Shown: in pieces, positions 19,671 to 28,873 of the stretch
Position numbering within the stretch: the stretch's first letter is position 1
Layout of the letters: every line of letters begins with the position of its first letter
NCBI GenBank assembly: GCA_041736435.1
Contig: JBGSTS010000150.1
Location: 6,124-70,123, forward strand
Direction: 5' to 3'
From: Desulfobacterales bacterium
GTDB taxonomy: Bacteria; Desulfobacterota; Desulfobacteria; Desulfobacterales; SpSt-501
DNA length: 64,000 nucleotides
Notes under the pieces: model-generated
The model's input: only the letters and a program-made list of their open reading frames with translations
The model's database searches: none
What the model was told of the DNA's origin: nothing
Made by a program: the position numbers and the translations under genes

Positions 19671-20519
19671 ATGGCCAAGAAAAAACTGATGATCCACGAT
19701 TTTTACCGGATGAAGAAAGACGGGGAAAAGATCACCTTTCTCACTTCCTACGACTTCCCCACAGCACAATTCGCAGAAGCCGCCGGTATGGACATGCTGC
19801 TGGTGGGCGACTCGCTGGGAATGTGCGTTTATGGTTACTCGGGCACGGTACCGGTCACCATGGACCAGTGCATTTGCCACGCCGAGGCCGTAAGGCGCGG
19901 AGCGCCGAACACCTTTGTCGTGGGTGACATGCCCTTCATGTCCTACCAGAGCTCGATTGAAAAGGCCGTGGAAAATGCCGGTCGATTTCTCAAGGAAGCC
20001 GGCTGCGACGCCATCAAACTCGAAGGCGGTGTGCGGGTGGCACCTCAAATCCGGGCAATCGTGGATGCGGGCATCATCGTGATGGGGCACATTGGGCTCA
20101 CCCCCCAGAGTTCCGGGCAGTTGGGCGGCCACAAGGCCCAAGGCCGGACCCTGGAAACGGCACGGATGGTCATTGAGGATGCTCTCGCCGTTCAGAAGGC
20201 CGGTGCCCAAATGGTTCTGCTCGAAGCGATACCACCTGAAGTGGCGGGTTACATTCGCCGCAAGCTGGTTATTCCATCGCTTTCCATCGGTGCGGGGCTG
20301 GATTGCGACGGACAACTGCTGATCGTCTCGGACATGATCGGCCAGTTCCAGGCCTTTACGCCCAAGTTTGTCAAGAAATACTGCAACGTGGCCGAGGTGG
20401 TGACCAACTCTATGAAGCAATATGTGGCCGAGGTGCGGGGGAACAAGTTCCCGGAGGATGAGCACTGCTATCACATGCTGCCTGGCGAACTCGAAAAATT
20501 TCAGTCTGAGTTTAAATAG
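19671..20519 (+). CDS. panB: 3-methyl-2-oxobutanoate hydroxymethyltransferase
   Basis: Typical PanB sequence throughout (..ITFLTSYDFPTAQFAEAAGMDMLLVGDSLGM..KLEGG..). AAGGAG RBS present. Confidence 0.9.
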   Translation: MAKKKLMIHDFYRMKKDGEKITFLTSYDFPTAQFAEAAGMDMLLVGDSLGMCVYGYSGTVPVTMDQCICHAEAVRRGAPNTFVVGDMPFMSYQSSIEKAVENAGRFLKEAGCDAIKLEGGVRVAPQIRAIVDAGIIVMGHIGLTPQSSGQLGGHKAQGRTLETARMVIEDALAVQKAGAQMVLLEAIPPEVAGYIRRKLVIPSLSIGAGLDCDGQLLIVSDMIGQFQAFTPKFVKKYCNVAEVVTNSMKQYVAEVRGNKFPEDEHCYHMLPGELEKFQSEFK

Positions 20520-20555
20520 ATCGGCGTTTATCCAAAGCCCGAAGAGGAGAAAATT

Positions 20556-21812
20556 ATGGCAAATTTGCAAGAGCTTCTTAAAATCTCGGCCAAGCGCCTG
20601 GATGAAATCAACGCGCTCCTGGTCGACCCTAAAAATGAAACCATCACCGCGCTTCTCAAAGTAATCGAGCACTACGGCGGGCCCCAGGAAATCAACCGCA
20701 AAGCGACCGAGGCCGCCAAGCTGGAGAACCTCATGGCCCGCCTGGAGAAGGCGACGTCTCCCTACCTCAAGGACCTTCACTGGCTAATCGAGCAGCGCGA
20801 CAAGAAAGCTTTTATCTCCTTGGAGGACTACGTCCGGAAGGTCAATGGGGCTCCGGCAACGCTGAACCAGAAGAACGCCGTCACGCTTGAGATCAGCGCC
20901 CTGCAGTATTTCCCCTGGCTGATCACCGAGGCCAAACACTGCATTCAGCAGGGCGAGTTGATGCCGGGCCGGATCATTCGTGTGCGCAAGATGGTCGAGC
21001 AGGAGGCCGACAACGGAGACATCATGGCAGTTGCGGCCGCCATGCGGATCATCGGCGCCAGCTACGTGGAAACCCTCGACACCAAGGGCACGGACGGCTC
21101 CAACGTTCATCTGGGAGGGCCAGATACCATCACCGGCTACTTCGGCGGTATCGGCCAGCCCAACGACTACCCGCTCAAATGGGCCGATGAATATCTGAAA
21201 TACTACACCAACTACGGTGTGCGCCAAGTGCTCAACATCAACCCGGGCACCGTGCTGGTGGGCTACCTGATGCACCGTCTCGGCATCGACAACGAGTTCA
21301 AGATTTCGGTCTATATGGGCAACGACAACCCCTTTGCCATACTGTGGACGTTGTTGGCGGCAAGGCTGTTCTCTCGGGAGGACGGCCGGACCTCGCTGAT
21401 CGGCTTCAATCTGTCCAATTCTGCAAACAACGAGACCTTGCGCCAGGCCGCCTACCTTCGCAAAGCATTAGGCCTGGAGGCGGTCGTGCGCTTCGAGCAC
21501 CACATCACCGAGACCTGGAAATCTATCGTACGCCAGCCTTATAACCGCCGTGCCGAACTGGTCGAGATCGCCCGAGAGGTCCCCAACATTTCCGCCAAGC
21601 ATGAAGGCGGCGAGCCGGAGATCGAACCAACACTTGCGCACCCTTCAGACATCCTTGAATATTTTCTCCCCAAGGAAGAGGTGGAAAAGACCGGTCTGAT
21701 GCCGGCCCTCGAGAAGAACTACATGGAAAAGCACCGCTCGGTGGACCTAACCGCCCAGGCACTGGTCAAAGCCGGTATAGGCGTGGTCTGCGCTTCCAAG
21801 CTGCACCTTTAA
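20556..21812 (+). CDS. Conserved-looking hypothetical protein, 418 aa, family not recognised
   Basis: Long ORF with normal codon bias. GAGGAG RBS 7 nt upstream. Co-oriented with panB and 36 nt downstream of it. No motif I can assign. Confidence 0.6.
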   Translation: MANLQELLKISAKRLDEINALLVDPKNETITALLKVIEHYGGPQEINRKATEAAKLENLMARLEKATSPYLKDLHWLIEQRDKKAFISLEDYVRKVNGAPATLNQKNAVTLEISALQYFPWLITEAKHCIQQGELMPGRIIRVRKMVEQEADNGDIMAVAAAMRIIGASYVETLDTKGTDGSNVHLGGPDTITGYFGGIGQPNDYPLKWADEYLKYYTNYGVRQVLNINPGTVLVGYLMHRLGIDNEFKISVYMGNDNPFAILWTLLAARLFSREDGRTSLIGFNLSNSANNETLRQAAYLRKALGLEAVVRFEHHITETWKSIVRQPYNRRAELVEIAREVPNISAKHEGGEPEIEPTLAHPSDILEYFLPKEEVEKTGLMPALEKNYMEKHRSVDLTAQALVKAGIGVVCASKLHL

Positions 21813-21999
21813 CCCTCTCAGGGCGTTCGGCGGGGATTAAGCGTCCTCCGTCGAACACCCTGCCGAGCAGGCCCTGCTGCCCCCTAAGCAGGACAAAAGG
21901 ATGGAAACCGTCATTGATTTCAACACCATGGAATGATATTCAATTTTTATTGGTAAAACTGGTCGGTTTCGGCTGTCGACCCATCCGCCAGGCAGATGG

Positions 22000-23328
22000 A
22001 TGAAAAAATCTTTGTTTGAAAAAATGACGTCGATGTTCCACCTGATGGAGCACGGCTATCAGGAGATCAGCCCTTTTGAAATGCTGATCTACCGGCTGGC
22101 AAGGGGCAACACCTTTAATATGCGCGTGGTGGGGCTGGAAAACATCAAGCGCTTCCGCCGCGACAACCCCGACTGCGCCATCACCTTCAAGTCCAATCAC
22201 CTCAGCGAGGCCGATTTCGTTCTGCTGGCGGTGCTCTTCCGGGACCACGGGCTGCGCCTTCTGATCGAGGGCGGAAGCAATCTTTTTTTGGAAAACATCG
22301 ATATTTTCCGGGACCTTCTGCCCACGCTCGTCAGCCCCTCATTCGGCAGCCTGGCGGAGAATCGGCGCCTCACCGTGGCGCAGTACCTTTCCGAGCGCGG
22401 GGCTTTCAAAGTGTTCCGCAACCCCGTCAGCCTGCCGCAGCCGAACGGAGAAGAGATCAAGCTCGGCCGCAAGGAGATCCTGTCCCTCGCCCGCGCCTAC
22501 CGTCAGCAGCTGGTCATGGACAAGGAGATGTATCTGACCTTCCCCGGCTTTTCCACCGTGCGTTCGGGCCTGCTCGACCTGTTGAAAATGGACAGCGTTA
22601 AAACCGGAAGGACCTACACGGGCAAGATCGACGGTTTTCATCATCTGCCCTTTCACATGGACATCGAGGCGTCGCTGGACACCGGCATCGACGTTTGCAT
22701 CGTCGGGGTCAATGTCGCCTACGAGCGGGTGCTGGAGGACGACAACTTCCAGGAACTGACGCGCCTGCATGAAGCCGGTGTCGACCCTCAGGATATTTAT
22801 CTCAAGGACCTTGGATACGTGGTGCGCCGCTTTTTGGACGACAAGCGCAAGGCAAATCTCTCCATCAAGTTCACGGAGCCCCGTAAAGTCGATATAAAAC
22901 CCATGCGGGGCGACGTTCTCGGCACCAAGATCAAATTCGCTGCCCACACATACGCCCGCGAGACGTTCGAGCAGGTCATGGGAATGCAGCCGGTCTTCCC
23001 GGCCAATATTTTTTTCTCCGCCTTCGATGAGCAGTTCAGCCGCATGCCGGTGAGGCTGATGCGGGAGAAGATCGACGATCTGCGCGATCACCTGCGCCAT
23101 CTCACCTGGGGCCGGCAAAAACGGCGCGTGGACCTGCATTTCGTGCTGGGCTACAACCACCAGATCATGTCGGCCGATGAGATCATCAATCGCACCTTCG
23201 AGGTTTTCACCGCCACGGAGAGACCCGTCACATCGTTGGATGGAGACATGTTCGTGGTTCACAACCACGACGTCGCCGCCCAATACCGCAATCACATCGC
23301 GCAATTTTTCAGCGAGGCGAAAAAATAA
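22000..23328 (+). CDS. Glycerolipid acyltransferase family protein (PlsB/PlsC-type HX4D)
   Basis: The NHLSEAD (HX4D) catalytic motif is near the N-terminus; 442 aa. Confidence 0.65.
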   Translation: MKKSLFEKMTSMFHLMEHGYQEISPFEMLIYRLARGNTFNMRVVGLENIKRFRRDNPDCAITFKSNHLSEADFVLLAVLFRDHGLRLLIEGGSNLFLENIDIFRDLLPTLVSPSFGSLAENRRLTVAQYLSERGAFKVFRNPVSLPQPNGEEIKLGRKEILSLARAYRQQLVMDKEMYLTFPGFSTVRSGLLDLLKMDSVKTGRTYTGKIDGFHHLPFHMDIEASLDTGIDVCIVGVNVAYERVLEDDNFQELTRLHEAGVDPQDIYLKDLGYVVRRFLDDKRKANLSIKFTEPRKVDIKPMRGDVLGTKIKFAAHTYARETFEQVMGMQPVFPANIFFSAFDEQFSRMPVRLMREKIDDLRDHLRHLTWGRQKRRVDLHFVLGYNHQIMSADEIINRTFEVFTATERPVTSLDGDMFVVHNHDVAAQYRNHIAQFFSEAKK

Positions 23329-23346
23329 GCCTGCTTGCCCGTGCAG

Positions 23347-24351
23347 TCAGACCCTGTCCGTCAGCGCCCACTGCAGAAACTGTGCATATACCCGCCACGA
23401 ATTTTGCCCGTAGCCCCCGGCCATGACCCACGCGCCGGGGATTGCCCGCTGTTTCAAAAAGGCATAAACTCGCTGATCCCTCTCCAAAAGCTGGCCCAGA
23501 CCGAGTTTGAGGCCAACGGTTGAGGGCAGCTCATCCAGTTCATAGGGATCCGCACCGCAGACCACCAATGCAAGGTCCGGCTGAGAGACCTGGGCCAGTC
23601 GTTCCAGCCCGTCGCTGAGCCGCTCGAGGTAAAACGGCTCCTCGCCGGACGCAATGGGGATGTCGATGGTGCTGGGAACAAAGGAAGGGTTGAGGCGCCC
23701 GGCGGCATCGCGCTCGGGTTGGTCCAGCGGCCAGCCGGCCGCCATGTGGATGCTCAGGGTGGCAATGGTGTCATCGCCGGCGGTCAGCGCCGCGGTCCCG
23801 TCGCCCTTGTGCGCATCCACGTCGATGACCCAGGCGTTGAAAATGCGGTTTTCGAACTGCAGTCGCCGCAGCGCGATGACGAGGTCGTTCACCAGGCAGA
23901 AGCCCGCGCCGTGCTCTCTCTGGGCGTGGTGCATGCCGCCGCCGAAGTAGAAACAAAAGCCGCTGCGAAGCGCAATCCGGCAGCACTGGAGGGTTCCCGC
24001 CGCCCGGACCAGAATTCGGTCGAAAAGAGTCGTCAGCGGCAATTTGGCACTGGCCGGATGGTAGCGATGGTAATGACCGTGCGTATCGACCAGCTCATAG
24101 GTATGGATGATCTCGGACTCAAGATACCCTGAAAACAGCCGGTTGACATAATTCTCGGAGTGGGCGCGCAGCAAATCGTCGCGGGCGAGTCGCTCCTCCA
24201 CCCGGTCGATATGCCAGGCGCCGACCCGGGGCCCCAGCCGCAGGTCGCTGGTCAATCGGCGGAACGCTTCCGAGGCCCGGCTGTCCTTCACCGGGATCTC
24301 GATTCCGAAATCAACGAGGCTGTGGCGCTGCGTCGGGTCGTAGAGGATCAA
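23347..24351 (-). CDS. Histone deacetylase-family (HDAC/AcuC-like) amidohydrolase
   Basis: GGGMHHA, GFCLVND and DVDAHKGDGT motifs. The start appears to be TTG at 24351. Confidence 0.8.
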   Translation of the reverse strand: MILYDPTQRHSLVDFGIEIPVKDSRASEAFRRLTSDLRLGPRVGAWHIDRVEERLARDDLLRAHSENYVNRLFSGYLESEIIHTYELVDTHGHYHRYHPASAKLPLTTLFDRILVRAAGTLQCCRIALRSGFCFYFGGGMHHAQREHGAGFCLVNDLVIALRRLQFENRIFNAWVIDVDAHKGDGTAALTAGDDTIATLSIHMAAGWPLDQPERDAAGRLNPSFVPSTIDIPIASGEEPFYLERLSDGLERLAQVSQPDLALVVCGADPYELDELPSTVGLKLGLGQLLERDQRVYAFLKQRAIPGAWVMAGGYGQNSWRVYAQFLQWALTDRV

Positions 24352-24462
24352 GCCCGTGGTTCCCCGGCTCGATAGAGACGGACTTCAGGCACTGAATCTG
24401 GCCGATGACTACCCATGGCCGCTGAAAGTCTTTCCGGCGACGATGGAGCCTACACCGGCTCC

Positions 24463-25008
24463 TCAGGAGGCTTTGGCCATCACAAGCGTGAAGCTTTCAA
24501 ACACTTTCTCGAAGGTTTTCAGGTCCTGCTGGAAATACTCTTCCTGGGTTGCAGCGTAGCGAATGTTGTAAAACTTCTCCCCGTTGATAAATCCGTAATA
24601 GAGCGTCTTGAAATTGAAACCGTCTGCATCCGTGTAAATGAACGTGAGCCGGAAGCCGCTGTGGCCGGCGACTCGAGCAGGGGTCTTTTCAAGCAAGCTG
24701 AAATTACGGACGTTGGTGTCGGAGATGATCTCATTGACGATGATGTCGGCCGCTTCCTCGGGCAGCATGCCCTTGCGCATCGATCTTTGTGTGAACTGAA
24801 ACGGCTCTGCCAGGGAACGCTCCCGGATGAGAACGAACTGCTTGTATCCACCGTCCTTGGTCATGAACAGCATGGGGTCTTCCGAATCGATTGTTTTCCA
24901 GCCCTCGGGGACCGCCGCGTTGAAATTGAAGGCTGGTTTGCCGCCTCCATGGGCACAGGATAATAGAGCGACCGACAAAAAAACTGAAATCCAAAAGCGA
25001 GTGGTCAT
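24463..25008 (-). CDS. Lipoprotein of unknown function (181 aa)
   Basis: Lipobox LLSC after a signal helix. The mature part looks like a small alpha/beta fold. Family not recognised. Confidence 0.6.
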   Translation of the reverse strand: MTTRFWISVFLSVALLSCAHGGGKPAFNFNAAVPEGWKTIDSEDPMLFMTKDGGYKQFVLIRERSLAEPFQFTQRSMRKGMLPEEAADIIVNEIISDTNVRNFSLLEKTPARVAGHSGFRLTFIYTDADGFNFKTLYYGFINGEKFYNIRYAATQEEYFQQDLKTFEKVFESFTLVMAKAS

Positions 25009-25315
25009 AGGTCTCCTCCCTTAGCATAACAGACTTATTTATTTGATTTAATTGTTTTTTTTACCTAATTCTGCAGAATCATAGACCGGCATCGGCAACC
25101 CTGTCAAGGCGCAACCGGGCAGCCTCTTACGCCGAATTGCTTATCGGTTGAAACGGATGGATACTTTAGGAGAAATTTCGATATCGCCAACTCCAATGGG
25201 AACCGCTATGAAATTCTATCCTTTTTTTGTGGACAAAAGCAACGGTGTGGTTATATTAGTGAGGCAAAAATTCAGGTGAGGTGGCACCTAAAATCTAAAA
25301 AGGAGGGTTCTGAGA

Positions 25316-25522
25316 ATGAAAAAATTGTTGTTGGTGCTCGTTGCTGTTTTGCTGATCGCAGGTTGCACGTCTGAGTTTTACAAGCACGACTCGCTCTTCA
25401 AAACGAACTCCCACGCCGCTTTCAGCTGGTGGGGCCACAAGAATGTCAATTCGCAACATGCCAAGATGTCGGCTGAGCAGGGCTGGTGGGGGAAAGAGAT
25501 CCCGTACGTTCCCGCCAAGTAG
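25316..25522 (+). CDS. Small Trp-rich lipoprotein (68 aa)
   Basis: AAAGGAGGG RBS, signal plus lipobox LIAGC, two WWG motifs (FSWWGHK, QGWWGKE), followed by an intrinsic terminator. Confidence 0.6.
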   Translation: MKKLLLVLVAVLLIAGCTSEFYKHDSLFKTNSHAAFSWWGHKNVNSQHAKMSAEQGWWGKEIPYVPAK

Positions 25523-25556
25523 ACTGCGGCCGCGGCAACCTACCGGATTTACCTAA

Positions 25557-25588
25557 AGAGGCCGGACATTCCATCCGGCCTCTTTTTG
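25557..25588 (+). terminator. Rho-independent terminator
   Basis: Perfect 10-bp stem AGAGGCCGGA/TCCGGCCTCT, a 7-nt loop, then TTTTT. Confidence 0.8.
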
Positions 25589-25736
25589 CGTGCGGCCGGC
25601 GCCGCCCTGGAACGATTCGGCCCGCTCTTCAGCGGTCGGGCGCTTTTGCGGGCCCAGCGCGTTGATATCCGGCAGTCGAATGGACAGGGACGATCTTCGC
25701 GGATGAGCTCATCCATAAATCCATGAGGGGTCGATA

Positions 25737-28592
25737 ATGCGAAAGCGTCTTTGGAAAAGCCTCATTATGGGGTTGCTCGTCCTGGCCGCTGCCCCGGCGT
25801 CGGCCTTGGACGCTATCCGGATCGAGACCCCCGGCTTGCCGTCTGTGATCACCGTCGAGCGCAGGCCGGGCCCGCAGCAGCTGGTCCTGTCGGTGCGCCG
25901 CCCGAACGGTGACCCCATAGTGGGTTTGGGCCCCCGGAGCTTCACGTTGGGGCAGGGAATCCGCAAGGCCCGGGTGCTGTCCGTCGAATCCATAGAAGGC
26001 AGACGATCCGACCCGATCAACCTGGTGCTGGTAATTGACAACTCCTTTTCCATGTTGGAGCGCCAGGTGATCCAGCCCCTTCTGGCGGCATTGGACGACC
26101 TGTTGAAGGAAGTGCGGCCGATCGACAACATTCACGCCGTCGTTTTCAGCGACCGGGAAACAAACGTTGGCGGGCGCAACTTGAACGTGCACACATTTAC
26201 CTCCAACCGGGCCTCGGAGTGGAGCCATTTTTTTAAGGAGGCCTTCGATAGCGGCATCACCCGCAGGAGCTTTCTTTATGAAGCGATGTCCGCCGGCCTT
26301 GAGATCATCAAAACCATGCCGGCGGGCCAACGGAGGCTGATGATGGTCTTATCGGATGGTGAGGATCTGAACAGCAAGATCGGACCGAAAGAGGTCATCG
26401 CCACCGTCCCCAACCCCCAAAAATTCCAGGCATTCTGCATCGACTTGCTGCTAGGAGGCAAAACGGACGCCTTTTTGTCCACCTTCGCTGAGAACCACGG
26501 CGGGCGAGTCTGGACGGCCCCCTCCGGCTCGGAACTGAGCCCCATCTTCCAGTCATTCAAAACCGCCGTTCTGCACAAATACCTTCTGGCCTATGAGTTG
26601 CTGAACCCGGTCGTCATCGAGCCCAAAGGCCTGCGCTTTGATCTGCCGGTCACCTCCACGGGCCGCCCGGCGACCTCCATGGTGTTTTTCCACACAAACC
26701 GGATGCAACTTCCAGAAGCGTATGCACGGCTCAACTCCCCCGCCGAGGTGGACGCCTTTCGGCCCGAAACTCTCGCAGGTGACTTGAACCGGTATTTCCA
26801 TATCCTCAACTTCATCGGTAAAACCCTGCGCGAGGCCCCGGACGTCCGGCTTGGAATCATCGGCTGCACCTCCGGCACCGGGCCCGAGAAAAACAATCTT
26901 GCGCTTTCCCAGGGTCGCGCCGAATCCGTAAAAAACTATCTCCACCATAGTTGGGGCATCGCTGCTGACCGGATGCGAATCGAATCCCGCAATCTGCCGG
27001 CCGACCCCTCACCGTCCGACACCCGCGAGGGGCGTCTAGAAAACCAGCGGGTGGAGTTCACCTTCAACTCGGAAGCCGCCCGGGCGCATGCTTTCGGGAA
27101 TTTGATGGCCGAGGCTGAAAACCAAAACGGGGTCACCGTGAAGACCGATCTTTACCCGCTGCCGGCGATCGCCGCTGCCGAAATCACAATCCAAGGCAGT
27201 GACCGGAAGCTGCACACCCTGTCTGCCGGTGCCGAACCTCAGCCCGTCTACGTGATCCCGCTTGACACCCTCGGCCGGGAGCGATTGGTGCCTGAGAATA
27301 CCATCGAGGCCGTGCTTCGGGTCACAGACGCGTCGGGCCGGGTGTATGAGGCCGCCTCGGACCTCTGTCATATCAAAACCACCTCACGAAAAGTGATCGA
27401 TGAAATTGAGCATCCCCCCTACGGCGCCATCCGGTTGGAACCGAACCCGTTGACGGTGGAGGAAATCACAGTGGTCGAAAGCTCGCCCCTGCTTCACCAC
27501 ATTTACTTCGATACCGGCCGCTCCGACATCCCGGAACGCTACCACCGGTTCGCGTCATCTACCGCCGCCAGGGCTTTTGACGAAAAAACCCTCAAGAATA
27601 CGATGGAAACGTACCGCCATGTGCTCGACATCATCGGCAAACGCGCCGCAGAGCACCCGCGAGCCCGGATCACTCTCACCGGCGGCAACTCTGATTCGGC
27701 CGAAGAAAAAGGAGGAAACGGCCTTTCACGCCAACGGGCAGAATCGGTAAGTGCATACTTCAAAAGCATCTGGGGCATCGATCCATTGCGCCTCCGGATA
27801 GAACCCCGCGGGCTGCAGGCGGCGGCAAGCACCCCTGGGACCCCGGAAAGCCGGGCCGAAAACCAACGGGTGGAAATTACGACGGATGACCCATCCATCC
27901 TCGACACGGTCCAGATCCATACCGTCGAAGTCGCGAGCGACATCGATCGGATTCGGATCATCCCCGAAGTGGAGGACGGCCTCCGTTTGGAGCGCTGGAG
28001 CATCGTGGTCTACGGCGACGGCAACCGCCTCGAGGCGCTCGAAGGTACGGGAGCGATAGAAACCAGCTATGTGCTGGCGATTGAAGATTTAGGGCTGTCG
28101 AAACTCGGCCGTCACCAAACGATCACAGCCGAGTTGGAAGGGGTCGACTCCAAGGGCCGGCGGCTGCGGGTCCAGGACAGTTCTGAGGTGCGCCTCCTGC
28201 GGCGCGAGGAACGCTTCGCCCGCGGTGAAGGTCACCGGGTAATCGAAAAATTCGCCCTCATCCTGTTCGATTTCAACCGTTCGGAGATCAGGGAGCGCAA
28301 CCGCACGCTGGTCGACCGCATCCGCACGCGTCTGCAGGAACACCCCGCAGCCGTGGTCAAGATTGTGGGGCATACCGACGCGATCGGCAGCGCCGATTAT
28401 AACCTGGTGCTGTCGCGCAAAAGAGCCCAGGCCACTTATGACGCGCTGGCTGCCGGAGGCGCACCCTCGCAGGGGCGCATCGTCCACGAGGGCAAGGGCT
28501 CCTCCGAACCGCTTTACGACAACCGCCTGCCGGAAGGACGGGCGTACAATCGAACCGTGTCCGTGATCGTGGAGTATGAACAGAAACCTTAA
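25737..28592 (+). CDS. Secreted 951-aa protein: vWA domain followed by three OmpA-like modules (two degenerate, one canonical)
   Basis: Signal peptide ending ASA; MIDAS motif DNSFS; later VLSDGED. OmpA-like segments lie at aa ~316-443, ~586-715 and ~839-947. The last has the canonical GHTDAIGSADYNLVLSRKRA. Confidence 0.8.
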   Translation: MRKRLWKSLIMGLLVLAAAPASALDAIRIETPGLPSVITVERRPGPQQLVLSVRRPNGDPIVGLGPRSFTLGQGIRKARVLSVESIEGRRSDPINLVLVIDNSFSMLERQVIQPLLAALDDLLKEVRPIDNIHAVVFSDRETNVGGRNLNVHTFTSNRASEWSHFFKEAFDSGITRRSFLYEAMSAGLEIIKTMPAGQRRLMMVLSDGEDLNSKIGPKEVIATVPNPQKFQAFCIDLLLGGKTDAFLSTFAENHGGRVWTAPSGSELSPIFQSFKTAVLHKYLLAYELLNPVVIEPKGLRFDLPVTSTGRPATSMVFFHTNRMQLPEAYARLNSPAEVDAFRPETLAGDLNRYFHILNFIGKTLREAPDVRLGIIGCTSGTGPEKNNLALSQGRAESVKNYLHHSWGIAADRMRIESRNLPADPSPSDTREGRLENQRVEFTFNSEAARAHAFGNLMAEAENQNGVTVKTDLYPLPAIAAAEITIQGSDRKLHTLSAGAEPQPVYVIPLDTLGRERLVPENTIEAVLRVTDASGRVYEAASDLCHIKTTSRKVIDEIEHPPYGAIRLEPNPLTVEEITVVESSPLLHHIYFDTGRSDIPERYHRFASSTAARAFDEKTLKNTMETYRHVLDIIGKRAAEHPRARITLTGGNSDSAEEKGGNGLSRQRAESVSAYFKSIWGIDPLRLRIEPRGLQAAASTPGTPESRAENQRVEITTDDPSILDTVQIHTVEVASDIDRIRIIPEVEDGLRLERWSIVVYGDGNRLEALEGTGAIETSYVLAIEDLGLSKLGRHQTITAELEGVDSKGRRLRVQDSSEVRLLRREERFARGEGHRVIEKFALILFDFNRSEIRERNRTLVDRIRTRLQEHPAAVVKIVGHTDAIGSADYNLVLSRKRAQATYDALAAGGAPSQGRIVHEGKGSSEPLYDNRLPEGRAYNRTVSVIVEYEQKP

Positions 28593-28873
28593 AACCGGGC
28601 GCTCGCCGGGACTGCGTTGAACGTGCATCGATGCCGATCCCTTCGGATAACTTTTGCGCAAGCCCCTCGTGCCCCGGCACAATTTCAAAACACTTGCTAA
28701 CGGGTCAAGCCCCACCCGCTGTTTCTGAACACCGGTTGCGCCCCGCGGCGAAACTTGCCGCAATCCCTCCATCGACGAAATCTAACCATATGGTCATCCG
28801 CCGGTCATCTTGCGGTGAACTGGGGCGCTTATTATTGTTTCATCAACAACCCGCAACCCAGGAGGTAAAGAAT

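Noticed and set aside
28593-28873. Possible sigma-E-type promoter (GAAACTT... / GAACTG-N17-TCATC) in the long degP leader
   Set aside because: The matches to the enterobacterial consensus are weak and ambiguous, and the relevant ECF consensus for this lineage is unknown to me.
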